Source: Mytilus edulis (taxonomy: Eukaryota). Taken from it: a stretch of DNA of 64,000 nucleotides. The notes below the pieces were generated by a model. The model did no database searches. It saw only the letters and a list, made by a program, of their open reading frames with translations, and was not told the DNA's origin. Positions 60,453 to 64,000 of the stretch are shown here, in pieces (within the stretch, counting starts at the first letter, position 1; each line of letters starts with the position of its first letter). Both the position numbers and the translations under genes were made by a program. Where the stretch lies: positions 57,474,001-57,538,000 of the forward strand of contig NC_092344.1 in NCBI RefSeq assembly GCF_963676685.1, written 5' to 3'.

Positions 60453-62968
60453 GTCAGTGAAAAAACTATGTGAATTAAGTTTTTTATCCTTCATTGAACT
60501 TTTGATGTCATCCCTAACTGTAGAAATTGGTATTGAACTAAATTTTCATTTTCATCTAGTAAAGCCTGGAGAATTTGATACAAAGTGAATCCCAGTTAAC
60601 TCCCTTTGTACAGACAAATCCTACATAGATAGATAATTTGCTGAAATGAATAAGAGCCGATAAAAGTTACATAACATGTATAATTAAGTCTTACCCTGTA
60701 CCGGAAACTATGGTCATAAAAAAAAATTGAGAATAGATTTTGCCATTTGATTAGGGACTTTCGTTTGTGAATTTTTCTCGGAGTTCAGTATTTTTGTGAT
60801 TCTTTTTTTATAAAATGATATTTTTTCCACGGTCTTTTTACAAGTATATGTAACCGACGAAATAGCATGATTTTGCAAATGATGACTTGTTTCAATCACC
60901 AAAATATTTATGAAGTAGACATAACTCCTAGACAATTTCAAATGAATTTTTCCAAATGAATGCCTATGAAAGGGATTATTCCATACCCTACCATCTATAC
61001 ATGTATATCACTGGTCTGAACAGTGTCTCAACTTTGTCCGAGATGTCTTTGAAGGTGCTCTGAATTGTTTTAAATTGGTCCGAGATGTTTTGGTCCGATT
61101 TGTCTTTGATCCGATTTTTTTCTGATTTTCTCTTGCACTAGAATTATATTTTGTAAATATCTACTGTTCACCTCAGTATCATCATTGAAAATACCAATAC
61201 ATTTAAAAAGGGATAGCTTTAAAGTGTTTTATGTAAAAAAAAAAAAGTGACTACACATACCTTGTAAAAGAAAAACTTTGTTTAATAAAATCTTTGATCC
61301 TGGAATTGACACCAAAAAGAAGCTGGAATTGTGTTTTGTATTAAGAAAATAATTGTGAAAAGAGCCTGAATATACCCAAGGGATTTTCAAAGGACTCTCA
61401 GCGGTAGTATAAGAACAGAAATTGTTTTGGTAAGGGACGACATCAAAAGACCGATGTAGGATAAAAAAAAACTTAAATCAAATAGTTTGGGGGTGGGGGG
61501 GGGGGGAGTTAAAATTCTGCAAGTTTTGTATATCTAAAATCGATTTTTACATATATCCCTATTGGTAAATCAATTTTTCCCAAATTAAGTTAAGAGAGGG
61601 GGTGGTGGTGGTGGTGGTGGTGGGGGGGGGGGGGGGGGACGGAGGTCAGTGAAAAAACTATGTGAATTAAGTTTTTTATCCTTCATTGAACTTTTGATGT
61701 CATCCCTAACTGTAAAAATTGGTATTGAACTAAATTTTCATTTACATCTAGTAAAGCCTGGAGAATTTGATACAAAGTGAATCCCAGTTAACTCCCTTTG
61801 CACAGAAAAATCCTACATAGATAGATAATTTGCTGAAATGAATAAGAGCCGATAAAAGTTAAATAACATGTATAATAAAGTCTTACCCTGTACCGGAAAC
61901 TATGGTCATAAAAAAAAATTGAGAATTGATTTTGCCATTTGATTAGGGGCTTTCGTTTGTGAATTTTTCTCGGAGTTCAGTATTTTTTTTTTTTTTTTTA
62001 AATGATATTTTTTCCACGGTCTTTTTACAAGTATATGTAACCGACGAAATAGCATGATTTTGCAAATGATGACTTGTTTCAATCACCAAAATATTTATGA
62101 GGTAGACATAACTCCTAGATAATTTCAAATGAATTTTCCAACTGAATGCCTATGAAAGGGATTATTCCATACCCTACCATCTGTTCTAGTTTAAACGAAT
62201 ATTTAACGAAACCACAAACCCCTTATTACTGACTACATTAATATCAAATTAATGACGTGTTGATCAATAAATATAATGTGCAACTTAAAAGAAAACACTG
62301 CAATATTAATTCATTTCTAATGAAATGGAAACATATTTACCTCGTTATAAGTTACGTTTGACTAATATTCAAGAATGATTTTTATATAATCTTATTTGAT
62401 AAAATATAACTATTTTATTTTATTAAAAAGATTGTTTTGATTGCATTATATCTTAAATATGATTCACAGACAAACGTGTACTTAAAAGACATTCTAAGTT
62501 TTTTTGATAATATTTCAAAGAAATTCGTGGGGACAATACTTTTAAATGTTCGATTTAAATTCAGTTCTATAGAAGAAGAAGAAGAATTGTTTATTATAGT
62601 TCTATACTGTGTTGGTCCGAGATGTTTTGGTCCGATTTGTCTTTGATCCGATTTTTTTCTGATTTTCTCTTGCACTAGAATTATATTTTGTAAATCTCTA
62701 CTGTTCACCTCAGTATCATCATTGAAAATACCAATACATTTAAAAAGGAATAGCTTTAAAGTGTTTGATGAAAGAAAAAAAGTGACTTCACATACCTTGT
62801 AAAAGAAAAACTTTGTTTAATAAAATCTTTGATCCTGGAACTGACACCAAAAAGAAGCTGGAATTGTGTTTTGTATTATGAAAATTATTGTGAAAAGAGC
62901 CTGAATATACCAAAGGGATTTTCAAAGGTCTCTCAGCGGTAGTATAAGAACAGAAATTGTTTTGGTAA
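60453..62968. repeat. Recent tandem duplication (60453-60996 = 61645-62182; 61075-61433 = 62612-62968) with different middle segments
   Basis: The two blocks are near-identical by eye. The intervening segments (~78 bp and ~430 bp) are unrelated. Confidence 0.9.
61434..61706. mobile_element. PIF/Harbinger-type MITE
   Basis: TIRs GGGACGACATCAAAAG / CTTTTGATGTCATCCC, with TAA on both sides (61431-61433 and 61707-61709). Confidence 0.8.
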
Positions 62969-63677
62969 AGAATGAGTTTACTTTGCTCATTTTTTATTTT
63001 GAACTCATTTGTTTTAACTCATAATCCGCTACATTTATAAATTGATAAAATGTTTTAATTCTATTTTGAAAGATAGAAGAACATGTATTCTATGCACACT
63101 GTTTGAAAGGTTAACCTTAGGTTATACATTGTACAGTTATATTATCACCATTTTGATTTTTATCTGAACTTTCACAATTGACGCGATGTTTAAACTTTTC
63201 AGCTTTGTGAAATTATGCATTGGTGAATACGGCCCCTCCTTCAGTGTTGAGATATAAAATGCTTATCTTGTGCGAGCACAAGTCATCCTTTAATTTTTGT
63301 TTTTTTACACATAAAGTCCCTAGTGTGGAGAGTGTATGACTTGCAAATATTTTTAATACACTTTTTAAATTTAGTTCATGCATTACATTTTTATGTAAAG
63401 TAGTAATTTGGTCCAGTTAAAAAAGTAAAGACATGTGTCTTTAGCTGTCAACTTCAGTTATAGATCGCCTCAACATATAATTTTTAATATTTTAAGTTAT
63501 AGTTTGGATGGGTTTTCTATAATTTTGATATTATTTGTTCCGTACACTGCACTGTAAAATAAATTTTGAGATAGAGCAGCAAGGCTTGATGTTTTATTAT
63601 TTGAATTAATTACAGTAGTTTGTATTATTCGTGACAGCAAAAATCCATTGTTTAACATTTTCATCTGATAAATATAT

Positions 63678-63828
63678 AGACAATAACTGTTTAGTGTCTT
63701 TAAATATCAGCTGTATTTGTACGAGGCTAGGAAACAAGTTGTATGCGAGCTTTTAGCGAGCTACTACACCTCTTTCGAGCCGAGTACAAATACAGCTGAT
63801 ATTTAAAGACACTAAACAGTTATTGTCT
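63678..63828. mobile_element. Short hairpin MITE (45-bp perfect inverted repeat, ~60-bp partly paired centre)
   Basis: AGACAATAACTGTTTAGTGTCTTTAAATATCAGCTGTATTTGTAC and its exact reverse complement. Confidence 0.8.
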
Positions 63829-64000
63829 TTATCCTGCAATTAATTCTGTATATTGTTTGTGTTTTAAAAGACACAAAAACTAACATATTTAGCATTTATT
63901 TTCGATTTGTAATCCATTGAGGCCCGCGTAGTAATATCAAAATCACACATTACGCTGAAGACGGGTTCGCAAAAAAGAATCTCGAATGGTCAACAATAAT

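Overview
AT-rich, intron-containing animal DNA. The repeat families look like those of a bivalve, probably Mytilus (inferred from recognition, not searched). Manual splicing gives four genes. Three are tandem + strand single-pass receptor genes: A (~2.8-8.9 kb), B (~16.9-25.5 kb) and C (~32.7-38.2 kb). All three have tyrosine-motif-rich tails (ITAM-, ITIM- and ITSM-like). B and C also have a Ser/Thr mucin stalk and an 8-Cys domain. The fourth is a convergent - strand gene D (56736-39797, 8 exons including a 16-nt micro-exon, 384 aa), a secreted protein of four tandem Cys domains. D's Cys spacing and intron positions and phases match the B/C ectodomain. Gene B has two duplicated, apparently mutually exclusive mucin exons, each preceded by a conserved non-coding block. 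The rest is transposon-rich: a 5'-truncated LINE in an intron of D (interrupted by a Helitron and a second insert), decayed LINE, Gypsy and SGNH-ORF1 fragments, MITEs, SINE-like pieces, minisatellites, a tandem duplication and one assembly gap. The gene models rest on GT/AG sites, phase compatibility and paralog comparison only. The 5' ends of A, B and C are uncertain.
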